13,043 nucleotides of DNA from Pedosphaera sp. Its GTDB lineage: Bacteria > Verrucomicrobiota > Verrucomicrobiia > Limisphaerales > SIBH01. The notes beneath the pieces were generated by a model that saw nothing but the letters and a program-made list of their open reading frames with translations, ran no database searches and was not told where the DNA came from. Shown piece after piece: positions 1-7,695 of this stretch. The first letter of the stretch is position 1. Each line of letters begins with the position of its first letter. The stretch covers positions 1-13,043 of the forward strand of contig JANOQV010000122.1 in assembly GCA_031414955.1 (NCBI GenBank). Direction: 5' to 3'. The position numbers and the translations under genes are program-made.

Positions 1-2
1 GT

Positions 3-2798
3 TTCACCATGGACCCGGAGTATTCGCGCTGCGTGTCGCGCGTCTTCGTGGACCTCTACAAGAAGGGCCACATCTATCGCGGCAAGCGCATGGTGAACTG
101 GTGCCCGGCCTCGCTCACCGCGCTCTCCGACGAGGAAGTGATCATGAAGGAGCAGAAGGGCTTCATGTATCACTTCAAGGTGGAAGTGGCGGAATCTCCA
201 ACTCGTAGCAGCCGAGGTAACGAGGCTCCAACTTCTTTGGATAAACCTGCTCATGGAGGTGATCAGAGCCTCCTCACGTCGGCTGCTACGAAGAATGAGA
301 AGACTGTCTTCGGCCCGGTCACGGACGCGGAAGGCCGCATCTGGCTCACCATTGCCACGACGCGCCCTGAGACAATTCCCGGCGACACGGCGGTGGCGGT
401 GAATCCGAAAGACCCGCGCTACGCCCATCTCATCGGCAAACACATCGTGCGGCCGCTGCCGGCGGAATTGCCGCGCGAGCAGAAGCTCATCCCCATCGTG
501 GGCGACGAGCATGTGGATTTCGAATTCGGCACTGGCGTGCTGAAGGTCACGCCCGCGCACGACAAGGCGGACTTTGAAATCGGCCAGCGCCATAAACTGC
601 CCGTGGTGGAAGTGATTGAAGCCGACGGCAAGATGAACGCGCTCGCCGGGCAGGACTTGAACGGACTGGACCGCTTTGCCGCGCGCAAGATCGCGGTGGA
701 GAAGCTCAAGGAGCTTGGCTCACTGGAGAAGGAGGAGCCTTACACGAACAACGTCGGCTACAGCGAGCGCGCGGACGTGCCCATCGAGCCGCGGTTGAGT
801 GAGCAGTGGTTCCTGAAGTATCCGAGCGTGGAGAAGTCGCAGCAGTGTGTGACTCAGGAGGAAAAAGAAAGTGCGCCCGGCGGTAAGTCTCTGGAAGCGC
901 CTCTCCGTGGGAAGAAGTTGGCTCACCAGCCTGCACCGAGCGCACTCACTGCGGACGACGTCTCAGCGCGGGTGGCTCACCGTCATGTCGCGGCGGATAT
1001 GCTTATCCCGACAGCGCCGTCGGGACATCCTTTAGCATCAGCGACTGCGAGCGGCAACGATGAGTTGCAGAAGATGAATTTTTATCCGCCGCGCTGGGCG
1101 AAGGTGTACGACCACTGGATGACCGGCATTCAAGACTGGTGCATCAGCCGCCAGCTTTGGTGGGGGCATCGGATTCCGGTGTGGACGCGGCGCGTCAAGG
1201 TGACAAATGAAAACTTCGCTGCCGAGTCACTGAACTTACTCCTTCCAGTAGCGAAGATTCCAACCCAGGAGAACTCACGGCCTGTCGTGCGCATGTTCCG
1301 CGCGGTTGACGGACTCGAAGTCCCTATTGTCTGTGAGGAGAGAACTCTGCTGTTTCCCGAATCAGGAGGTGAGTTCGACGTTTTCATCGCCACAGATGAT
1401 GAGGAACGCGGAAAAGTTTTGGAGAAATTTGGCTTCACCCAAGACCCCGACGTTCTCGACACCTGGTTCAGTTCGTGGCTTTGGCCGTTCGCCACGATGG
1501 GCTGGCCGGAGAACACGGAGGCGTTGAAGAAGTTTTATCCCACCACCGACCTCGTCACCGGGCCGGACATCATCTTCTTCTGGGTCGCGCGCATGATCAT
1601 GGCGGGCTACGAGTGGATGGGCGAGATGCCGTTTCGCAACGTCTATTTCACCGGCATCATCCGCGACAAGCAGGGCCGCAAGATGTCGAAGTCGCTCGGC
1701 AATTCGCCCGACCCGCTCGACCTCATCAACACCTACGGTGCCGATGCGCTCCGCTTCGGCATCATGCGCAGCGCGCCCGCCGGACAGGATCTGCTGTTCG
1801 ACGAACAGTCCGTGGAGTTGGGCCGCAACTTCTGCAACAAACTCTGGAACGCCTGCCGCTTCCGGCAGATGCAGGGCGGCGCGGCGGAAGAGGAAATTCA
1901 AACGTCGTATCTCACCAGCGACGACAAATGGATTCTGCTCAAGCTCGACGCGGCCATCCGCGAAGTGACCATTGCGTTGAACACCTACAAGTTCAACGAG
2001 GCGGCCAACGCGCTCTACCGTTTCTTCTGGAGCGAATGTTGCGACTGGTACGTGGAAGCAACCAAGGCCGTGCTGCAGGCGCCGGACGATCCAGCCAACC
2101 CACGCATCGCCGCGCGCAAGCAGAACACGCTGGCCGTCATGGATTTCGTGCTCTCGCACACGCTTCGTCTGTTTCATCCGTTCCTGCCGTTCATCACCGA
2201 GGAGTTGTGGCAGGGCATGGGCTTCAACGGTGATCTCCCGGCTGGGCAGGGCGGCGACACGATCATGTTCGCCCGCTGGCCGATGCCCTTCGATCAGGAG
2301 ATGAAGGACTTCTATGCGCTCGACGACTGCTACCTCGAACGCGTGGACAACAAATACGAACTCGTGCGCCAGGGCCGCAATCTGCGCAGCGAAGGACGCA
2401 TCGCCCCGAACATCAAACTGCGTTTCGTGCTGAAGCCGGTGAACGATCTCCCGCCACACGACCTCGCGGTGATCAAGATTCTGCTGAACGCCGAGCAGTT
2501 CGAAACCAACGTTGAGTTCACGCCGCCGAAGGGCGCGCTGCGCGCTGCGACGGCATTGGGTGAATTGTTCCTGCCACTAGAAGGCCTGATCGATTTCGCC
2601 GCCGAACGCCTGCGACTAGAAAAGGAACTGGCGAAGATCGCCGCCGAGATCGACACGGTGACGCAGAAGCTCGCCAACCCGAACTTCACCCAGAAGGTTC
2701 CGCCCAAGGTGCTCGCCGATCACCAGCAGCGCCTCGTGGACTGGCAGGCCAAGGCCGCGCAGGTGCGGACGGCGCTGGATGGTTTGGGGGCGGCTTAA
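3..2798 (+). CDS. valS: Valyl-tRNA synthetase (5'-truncated by the window edge), with three lineage-specific insertions
   Basis: The frame is open from the window start (F-T-M-D...). ValRS motifs present: VNWCP, ATTRPET, FGTGVLKVTPAHD, DWCISRQLWWGHRIP, DVLDTWFSS, GRKMSKSLGN, and a C-terminal coiled coil (ERLRLEKEL...KLANPNF). The HIGH motif lies upstream of the window. Confidence 0.98.
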   Translation, partial: FTMDPEYSRCVSRVFVDLYKKGHIYRGKRMVNWCPASLTALSDEEVIMKEQKGFMYHFKVEVAESPTRSSRGNEAPTSLDKPAHGGDQSLLTSAATKNEKTVFGPVTDAEGRIWLTIATTRPETIPGDTAVAVNPKDPRYAHLIGKHIVRPLPAELPREQKLIPIVGDEHVDFEFGTGVLKVTPAHDKADFEIGQRHKLPVVEVIEADGKMNALAGQDLNGLDRFAARKIAVEKLKELGSLEKEEPYTNNVGYSERADVPIEPRLSEQWFLKYPSVEKSQQCVTQEEKESAPGGKSLEAPLRGKKLAHQPAPSALTADDVSARVAHRHVAADMLIPTAPSGHPLASATASGNDELQKMNFYPPRWAKVYDHWMTGIQDWCISRQLWWGHRIPVWTRRVKVTNENFAAESLNLLLPVAKIPTQENSRPVVRMFRAVDGLEVPIVCEERTLLFPESGGEFDVFIATDDEERGKVLEKFGFTQDPDVLDTWFSSWLWPFATMGWPENTEALKKFYPTTDLVTGPDIIFFWVARMIMAGYEWMGEMPFRNVYFTGIIRDKQGRKMSKSLGNSPDPLDLINTYGADALRFGIMRSAPAGQDLLFDEQSVELGRNFCNKLWNACRFRQMQGGAAEEEIQTSYLTSDDKWILLKLDAAIREVTIALNTYKFNEAANALYRFFWSECCDWYVEATKAVLQAPDDPANPRIAARKQNTLAVMDFVLSHTLRLFHPFLPFITEELWQGMGFNGDLPAGQGGDTIMFARWPMPFDQEMKDFYALDDCYLERVDNKYELVRQGRNLRSEGRIAPNIKLRFVLKPVNDLPPHDLAVIKILLNAEQFETNVEFTPPKGALRAATALGELFLPLEGLIDFAAERLRLEKELAKIAAEIDTVTQKLANPNFTQKVPPKVLADHQQRLVDWQAKAAQVRTALDGLGAA
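203..291. repeat. REP-like inverted doublet (REPIN, family A), in-frame inside valS
   Basis: Arm 203-228 (tcgtagcagccgaggtaacgaggctc) vs reverse complement of 266-291 (tcgtagcagccgacgtgaggaggctc): 23/26 identical. Each arm is GTAG followed by a hairpin. Translated as RSSRGNEA...QSLLTSAAT. Confidence 0.9.
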
Positions 2799-2826
2799 GT
2801 CCAGTGCGCCTGACTGTCGCTGGCCT

Positions 2827-2929
2827 GGTAGGGCGTCGCTGTCCTCAGCGCGTCGGGGTGATGTGCGCGCAAGTTTTCAGACTCTATTCCGACTTGGAAG
2901 ACGGCGCGGTGGGGACACCGCGCCCTACC
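2827..2929. repeat. Intergenic REP-like inverted doublet (family B)
   Basis: Arm 2827-2855 (ggtagggcgtcgctgtcctcagcgcgtcg) vs reverse complement of 2902-2929 (ggtagggcgcggtgtccccaccgcgccg). Both carry a GTAG foot. The right arm has a perfect 9-bp stem, ggcgcggtg-tccc-caccgcgcc. Confidence 0.85.
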
Positions 2930-3002
2930 GCGCCACTGCCCGCCGCCATCAACTTGCTATGCTGCGAATAGCGCCCGGCTAAGCAACGTCAACCTCCGCC
3001 TG

Positions 3003-6000
3003 ATGAACAACCCATCGTTCAGAAAACTTTGTCCGCTGCTGACCCTGGCTGCCGCCGCGTGCCTCGCCGCGGAGGCACCGAAAGGCGTCAAGGCACCCTC
3101 TGGCTGGAGCGTGACGCTGTTCGCCGCGCCGACCAATGTGAGCTATCCGACCTGCCTCAGCACTTCACCGAATGGCGATGTGTTTGTCGGCATCGACGAG
3201 AATGGTTCCATCGACGCCAAGCCGAATCGCGGTCGCGTCGTGCGCTGCACGGACACCGATGGCGACGGACAGGCGGACAAGTTCATCACCTTCGCCACCA
3301 TGGATTCGCCGCGCGGCATCTGGTTCGACCACAACGTGCTCTATGTCCAGCACCCGCCTTTCGTTTCGGCGTTCATTGACGAGAATGGCGACGGCGTTTC
3401 GGATCGCAGCGAAGTGCTCGTGCAAGGGCTGGGCTTCGATCTCAAGTTTCGCGGCGCGGACCACACCATCAACGGCATGAGGATGGGCATCGACGGTTTC
3501 CTCTACATCGCGTGCGGCGATTACGGCGGGACCAACGCGGTGGGCAAGGACGGCACGCGCATCCAGCTTCACGGCGGCGGCGTGGTGCGCGTGCGCCCGG
3601 ACGGCAGCGGGTTGGAACTCGTCTCCCAGGGTCAGCGCAACATTTACGACGTGGCGGTGTCGCCCGAACTGGATCTCTTCACCCGCGACAACACGAACGA
3701 CGGCGACGGCTGGGATGTGCGCCTCTCCCACGTCGTCATGGGCGGCAACTACGGCTACCCGCGGCTCTTCAAAAAGTTCGGCGACGAAATCATCCAGCCG
3801 CTCGCCGATTATGGCGGCGGTTCTCCGTGCGGGGCGTTGTTCCTCGATGAGCCAGGCTTTCCCGCCGGCTTCGGGCGCGGACTCTACACCGTGGAATGGG
3901 GGCGCGGCGGCATCATGCGCCATCCGCTCACGGCCAGCGGCGCGGGCTTCAAGGCGGGCCAGGAGAAATTCATCGAGCTGAACCGCCCGACCGATTTCGA
4001 CGTGGATGGCAGCGGGCGGCTCTACATCTCGAGTTGGCAGGGCGCGACCTTCACCTACAACGGACCGAACGCAGGCTACCTCGTGCAAGTCACGCCGCCG
4101 GATTGGAAGCTGAAGGCGTTTCCTGATTTGAAGAAGGCTTCCAACACCGAACTGGTGAAACACATCGCCTCGCCGAGCGCCTTCGCCCGGCTTTACGCGC
4201 AGCGGGAAATCCTGCGCCGGGGTGAGAACGCCGAACTGGCAAGCGGGCTGGAGAAAATCGCGCTGGCGGAGGCGCCAGTTCCGCAGCGTGTCGCGGCGAT
4301 CTTCACCTTGAAACAATTGCTGGGTGAGAAGTCGCATCCCGCGCTGGTGCGCCTGGCGCGGGTGGACGCGGTGCGCGAGTTCGCCTTGCGGGCGCTGGCG
4401 GATGATGTGCGCCTGGCCAAGGCCGTTTCGGCGGAGACCTTCGTGGCCGCGCTGTCAGACACGAATGCCCGCGTGCGCTTGCAGGCGGCCACCGCGCTCG
4501 CGCGGTTGGGCAAGTCCGAAGCCGGCCCCGCGCTGCTCCCGCTCGTGGCGGACAGCGATGTGGTGGTCGCGCATGTGGCGGTTCATGCGCTGGCGCAGAT
4601 GCGCGCGGTCAACGCTTGCCTCGACGCGTTCGAGTCTCCCGGCTCGGCAAAGTATGTGGCCGGTGCCGGGCGCGCCTTGCAGTGGATGCACGAGTCTCGT
4701 GTCGTGGATGGGCTGCTGGCGCGACTCAGCAAAACCACCGACGCCCATGCGCGCCAGATCATCATCAAGACCCTGGCCCGCCTGGCCAATCGCGAGGACG
4801 ACTGGAACGGCAAGTGGTGGGGCACGCGGCCTGACACCACTGGACCGTATTTCAAACCGGTGAAATGGAGTGAGAGTGGGCGAATCGAGAACGCGCTGCG
4901 AACGGAACTAAGCAAGGCCGATGTCGTCACGCTGCCGGCCCTGGCTACGACGCTGCAAATCAATCGCGTGGATCTGCCTGAATTGATTCCTGCCGTGATC
5001 AAGCTGGCGGACAGTGATTCCCAGTTCCGACCGGTGGCCGTGGAGATGTTCAGCACCGGGACCGCGCTGCCGGACCAGGCGGTTCCGCTGCTGCGTCGCA
5101 TTGCTATCACGCCCGTCGAAGACACGGCCTTGCGCGTGAAGTCCATTCGCGCCCTGGCGAAGTCCGGCCAATCCGCCGCGCTCGATGCTGCCGTGGCCGC
5201 GCTCTCGTTGCCGGGCAAGCCGCCAGCCCCGATCAGCAGCGCCTGGGAAGAGTTCGCGCGGGATCCGAAGGTCGGACGCAATGTCGATTACTTCGCCCGG
5301 TTGGTGGTTGGTGATTCCAGCGAGCAGCGCGTGCTGGCTTACGCGGTGTTGGCGAACCGGGCCTCGGGCAAGGTTTCTGAACGCAACGGCCGGGCCGCCG
5401 CCGTGCAGGCGGTGGAGAAGGGCTGGACGACTGCCGACAGCACGGTGGCTCTGTTGCAGGCCATCAACCGGCTCAAGCTCGACGGCTACAACAACCAAGT
5501 GCGCGGATTGATGAACAACTCGCGGCCTGAAGTGGCCGCCGCCGCGCGGCTCGCGGCCAAGACGTTGCGCATCGATCAGCAGCCCGCCGCCGGTGCGCTG
5601 ATGATCGAGAAGCTGAAGTACGAGGAGGTTCTGGCCGTGACCGCCAAGGCGAAGGGCGATGTGAGGGCAGGCGAGGAATTGTTCACGCGCCTGGGCTGCG
5701 TGGCCTGCCACACCACGAGTTCAACCGAGGCTCCGAAGGGGCCGTTTCTTGGCGGCATCGGCACGCGCTACAGCCGGGCCGAATTGTGCGAATCCATTCT
5801 GAAGCCGAACGCCAAGATCGCGCAGGGCTTCGAGACGCAGTGGTTCAAGACCAAGGACGATGAAGAGATCGAAGGCTTCGTGACGCGCGAGGGCGGCGAT
5901 GATCTCGATGTGCGCAACGTGGCCGGCATCACCGCCACTCTGGCGAAGAAAGACATCGTCGAGCGGGCCATGCGCGAGAAGTCGGTCATGCCCGAAAACC

Positions 6001-6071
6001 TCGCGGACAAGGTCACGCCCGGCGAACTCGCCTCGCTGCTGGCGTTTCTCGAAGGTTTGAAAGCGAAGTGA
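3003..6071 (+). CDS. PVC-type exported dehydrogenase-like beta-propeller / HEAT-repeat / c-type heme-binding protein
   Basis: N-terminal signal-like segment (LLTLAAAACLAAEA). Sorbosone/glucose-dehydrogenase-like propeller with DTDGDGQAD and DENGDGVSD loops and a GQRNIYD motif. Central Ala/Leu-rich HEAT-like repeats (DTNARVRLQAATALARL). C-terminal cytochrome c domain with CVACH, GPFLGGIG, ESILKPNAKI and SVMP. Confidence 0.88.
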   Translation: MNNPSFRKLCPLLTLAAAACLAAEAPKGVKAPSGWSVTLFAAPTNVSYPTCLSTSPNGDVFVGIDENGSIDAKPNRGRVVRCTDTDGDGQADKFITFATMDSPRGIWFDHNVLYVQHPPFVSAFIDENGDGVSDRSEVLVQGLGFDLKFRGADHTINGMRMGIDGFLYIACGDYGGTNAVGKDGTRIQLHGGGVVRVRPDGSGLELVSQGQRNIYDVAVSPELDLFTRDNTNDGDGWDVRLSHVVMGGNYGYPRLFKKFGDEIIQPLADYGGGSPCGALFLDEPGFPAGFGRGLYTVEWGRGGIMRHPLTASGAGFKAGQEKFIELNRPTDFDVDGSGRLYISSWQGATFTYNGPNAGYLVQVTPPDWKLKAFPDLKKASNTELVKHIASPSAFARLYAQREILRRGENAELASGLEKIALAEAPVPQRVAAIFTLKQLLGEKSHPALVRLARVDAVREFALRALADDVRLAKAVSAETFVAALSDTNARVRLQAATALARLGKSEAGPALLPLVADSDVVVAHVAVHALAQMRAVNACLDAFESPGSAKYVAGAGRALQWMHESRVVDGLLARLSKTTDAHARQIIIKTLARLANREDDWNGKWWGTRPDTTGPYFKPVKWSESGRIENALRTELSKADVVTLPALATTLQINRVDLPELIPAVIKLADSDSQFRPVAVEMFSTGTALPDQAVPLLRRIAITPVEDTALRVKSIRALAKSGQSAALDAAVAALSLPGKPPAPISSAWEEFARDPKVGRNVDYFARLVVGDSSEQRVLAYAVLANRASGKVSERNGRAAAVQAVEKGWTTADSTVALLQAINRLKLDGYNNQVRGLMNNSRPEVAAAARLAAKTLRIDQQPAAGALMIEKLKYEEVLAVTAKAKGDVRAGEELFTRLGCVACHTTSSTEAPKGPFLGGIGTRYSRAELCESILKPNAKIAQGFETQWFKTKDDEEIEGFVTREGGDDLDVRNVAGITATLAKKDIVERAMREKSVMPENLADKVTPGELASLLAFLEGLKAK

Positions 6072-6086
6072 TTCGCAAACGGAAAG

Positions 6087-6183
6087 AGCGGCGCTAAAGC
6101 GACCGCACTCCAAACGCTTTGCGACGGAGAGGGTGCCGGATGCTGCGCGCCAGCGTTTGGAGTGCGGTCGCTTTAGCGCCGCT
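6087..6183. repeat. Intergenic perfect 32-bp inverted repeat (REP-like doublet, family C)
   Basis: 6087-6118 (agcggcgctaaagcgaccgcactccaaacgct) is the exact reverse complement of 6152-6183. Each arm has GGAG-T followed by the hairpin gcgg-t-cgc-ttta-gcg-ccgc. Confidence 0.9.
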
Positions 6184-6199
6184 TTCGCCACCTGGCCAC

Positions 6200-6225
6200 G
6201 TAACCATTTCTCTCTTCCCAACGTA
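6200..6225 (+). promoter_or_regulatory. Putative ECF sigma-type (autoregulatory) promoter
   Basis: GTAAC (6200-6204), a 17-nt pyrimidine-rich spacer, then CGTA (6222-6225), directly upstream of an ECF sigma gene. Matches the general AAC / CGT pattern of ECF promoters. Confidence 0.55.
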
Positions 6226-6304
6226 TAACTACTCCGTGACCGCAGGAGTGGCGTCATGGACAGGGTTTGCGGATGGGGGCGAAGTCGTTAAGCAGGGCGT
6301 GGTC

Positions 6305-6895
6305 ATGGACCAAAAAGCCTGCGACGAAATCGCCCTGATCCGACGCATTCGCGACGGCGCGCCGGATGAATTCTCGGAAATCATCCGGCGGCACCAGGCG
6401 CGCGTGTTTGCGATCCTTTCGCGCTACGAGCGCGACCGGCAACTGGTCGAGGACCTGGCACAGGACACTTTCGTGAAAGCCTGGAAGGCGCTCGGGCAGT
6501 TCGATGGTCGCGCGCCCTTCGAGCACTGGCTCTCGCGCATCGCGGTGCATGTGGCCATCGATCACCTGCGGGCGCGGCGGGATCGCGAGGTGCGGTTCAG
6601 CGATCTGGGCGACGAAGTGTTGGAGTGGTTGCACGAGGTCGAACCGGAGCACGGCCCCGGGCCGGAGGCGGCGCGCGAGATTCTGCACCTGGCCATGCGC
6701 AAGCTGAGTCCCGAGGACCGGCTCGTGCTGACCATGCTGGAGATCGAGGAGTACAGCGTGAAGGAAATCTGCGCGCGCACCGGTTGGAGCAGTATCACGA
6801 CCCGGGTGCGGGCTTTTCGCGCGCGGGCCAAACTCAAGACGGCGCTGGAGGAACTGGAACAGTCGGCGGAAAAAGTCCGCCCAGAAGCAAGATGA
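6305..6895 (+). CDS. ECF-family RNA polymerase sigma-70 factor
   Basis: Region 2 (EDLAQDTFVKAWKALGQFDGRAPFEHWLSRIA) and region 4 (LSPEDRLVLTMLEIEEYSVKEIC...RAFRARAKLK). ATG at 6305; an in-frame GTG at 6236 is an alternative start. Confidence 0.95.
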   Translation: MDQKACDEIALIRRIRDGAPDEFSEIIRRHQARVFAILSRYERDRQLVEDLAQDTFVKAWKALGQFDGRAPFEHWLSRIAVHVAIDHLRARRDREVRFSDLGDEVLEWLHEVEPEHGPGPEAAREILHLAMRKLSPEDRLVLTMLEIEEYSVKEICARTGWSSITTRVRAFRARAKLKTALEELEQSAEKVRPEAR

Positions 6896-7188
6896 GGGAA
6901 GCGAAACACAAACGGTTGATGGCCGCGGCGCGGAGGGTTCCTCCCATCGAGGTGCCCGTCGGTTTTCGTGCTGATGTGTTGCGCATCATTCGCAGCCGTG
7001 AATCCGGGGCAGGCGCATCCGTCTCGCCGGTCATCGACCAGCTCTCCGCGCTCTTTCCACGCCTGGCGACGGCGGCGCTGGTGGTCATTGTGGCTTCAGT
7101 TGGGTTCGAGTATTTCGCCGGCGGCGACGTGGCGGCGCAACTCACCGAGGTGTCCGAACAATGGCTGCTGCCCCTGGACTGGCTATGA
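6892..7188 (+). CDS. Small single-TM protein, putative anti-sigma factor
   Basis: ATGA overlap with the sigma stop codon. 98 aa, with N-terminal LMAAARR...VPVGFRADVL and one hydrophobic helix (LATAALVVIVASVGF). Position is typical of an anti-sigma gene. Confidence 0.7.
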   Translation: MREAKHKRLMAAARRVPPIEVPVGFRADVLRIIRSRESGAGASVSPVIDQLSALFPRLATAALVVIVASVGFEYFAGGDVAAQLTEVSEQWLLPLDWL

Positions 7189-7574
7189 AGGCGCTCAAGG
7201 TTCTCGCTTTGCTCGGTCTGGTTTTCGCGGCCGGCGTGGTCGCGGGCGTCACCGGGACACGTTTTGCGGTGAAGAAAGTTATTGAGCAGGCCACGCAGAA
7301 GCCGGAAGTGGTGCGCGTTAAACTGGAGGTGGAATTGACGCGCACGCTCAAACTTACCCCGGAGCAGCGCCCCAAGGTCCTGGAAATCATCGGGCGCGGC
7401 TTCGAGGACATTCAACAACTGCGCGGCGATTTCCGACCCAGGCTCGGTGCGATTCTCAAACGCAGCGAGCGGGAGATTCGCGAAGTGCTGGATGAGCGGC
7501 AAAAAGTGAAACTTGACCTGATGCTCAAGAAGAAATCTCCGTCCGTGCCGGCGCTCGCCCGGCCCGAATTGTAG
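7185..7574 (+). CDS. Small membrane-anchored or exported helical protein (CpxP/Spy-like or metal-sensor-like accessory)
   Basis: ATGA overlap with the previous gene. N-terminal hydrophobic segment (VLALLGLVFAAGVVAGV). Two LTxxQ-like motifs (LKLTPEQR, VLDERQK). Confidence 0.7.
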   Translation: MKALKVLALLGLVFAAGVVAGVTGTRFAVKKVIEQATQKPEVVRVKLEVELTRTLKLTPEQRPKVLEIIGRGFEDIQQLRGDFRPRLGAILKRSEREIREVLDERQKVKLDLMLKKKSPSVPALARPEL

Positions 7575-7580
7575 ACCGAA

Positions 7581-7691
7581 CGGCGCGCGGACATTCCTCT
7601 CCGCAGCAAGCCACTACCACCGCAGGCTTCAGGCGAGTTCGAGACCGTTCGTCGCCACCATATTGCTGTGGACAGGAATGTCCGCGTGCCG
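7581..7691. repeat. Degenerate REP-like inverted doublet (family D) between convergent genes
   Basis: 7581-7609 (cggcgcgcggacattcctctccgcagcaa) vs reverse complement of 7663-7691 (cggcacgcggacattcctgtccacagcaa): 26/29 identical. Consensus hairpin is gcggaca-ttcc-tgtccgc. The foot reads GGCG/GGCA instead of GGAG. Confidence 0.8.
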
Positions 7692-7695
7692 GCTC

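Noticed and set aside
855..1439. Inteins or self-splicing introns as the explanation for the valS inserts
   Set aside because: There is no intein-type N-terminal block or His-Asn C-terminus, the inserts are too short, no endonuclease motif is present, and the frame is continuous.
1362..5711. Long antisense and alternative-frame ORFs over valS and the heme protein (e.g. 1362-2459, 3165-4337, 4908-5711), and similar ones over pilT and dnaE
   Set aside because: These are shadow ORFs expected from GC-rich codon bias. They have no recognisable motifs and overlap well-supported genes.
2827..7691. Calling the intergenic palindromes simple intrinsic terminators
   Set aside because: They lack clear U-tracts, and the arms are long, separated by 33-53 nt spacers and each internally palindromic. 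A secondary termination role is not excluded.
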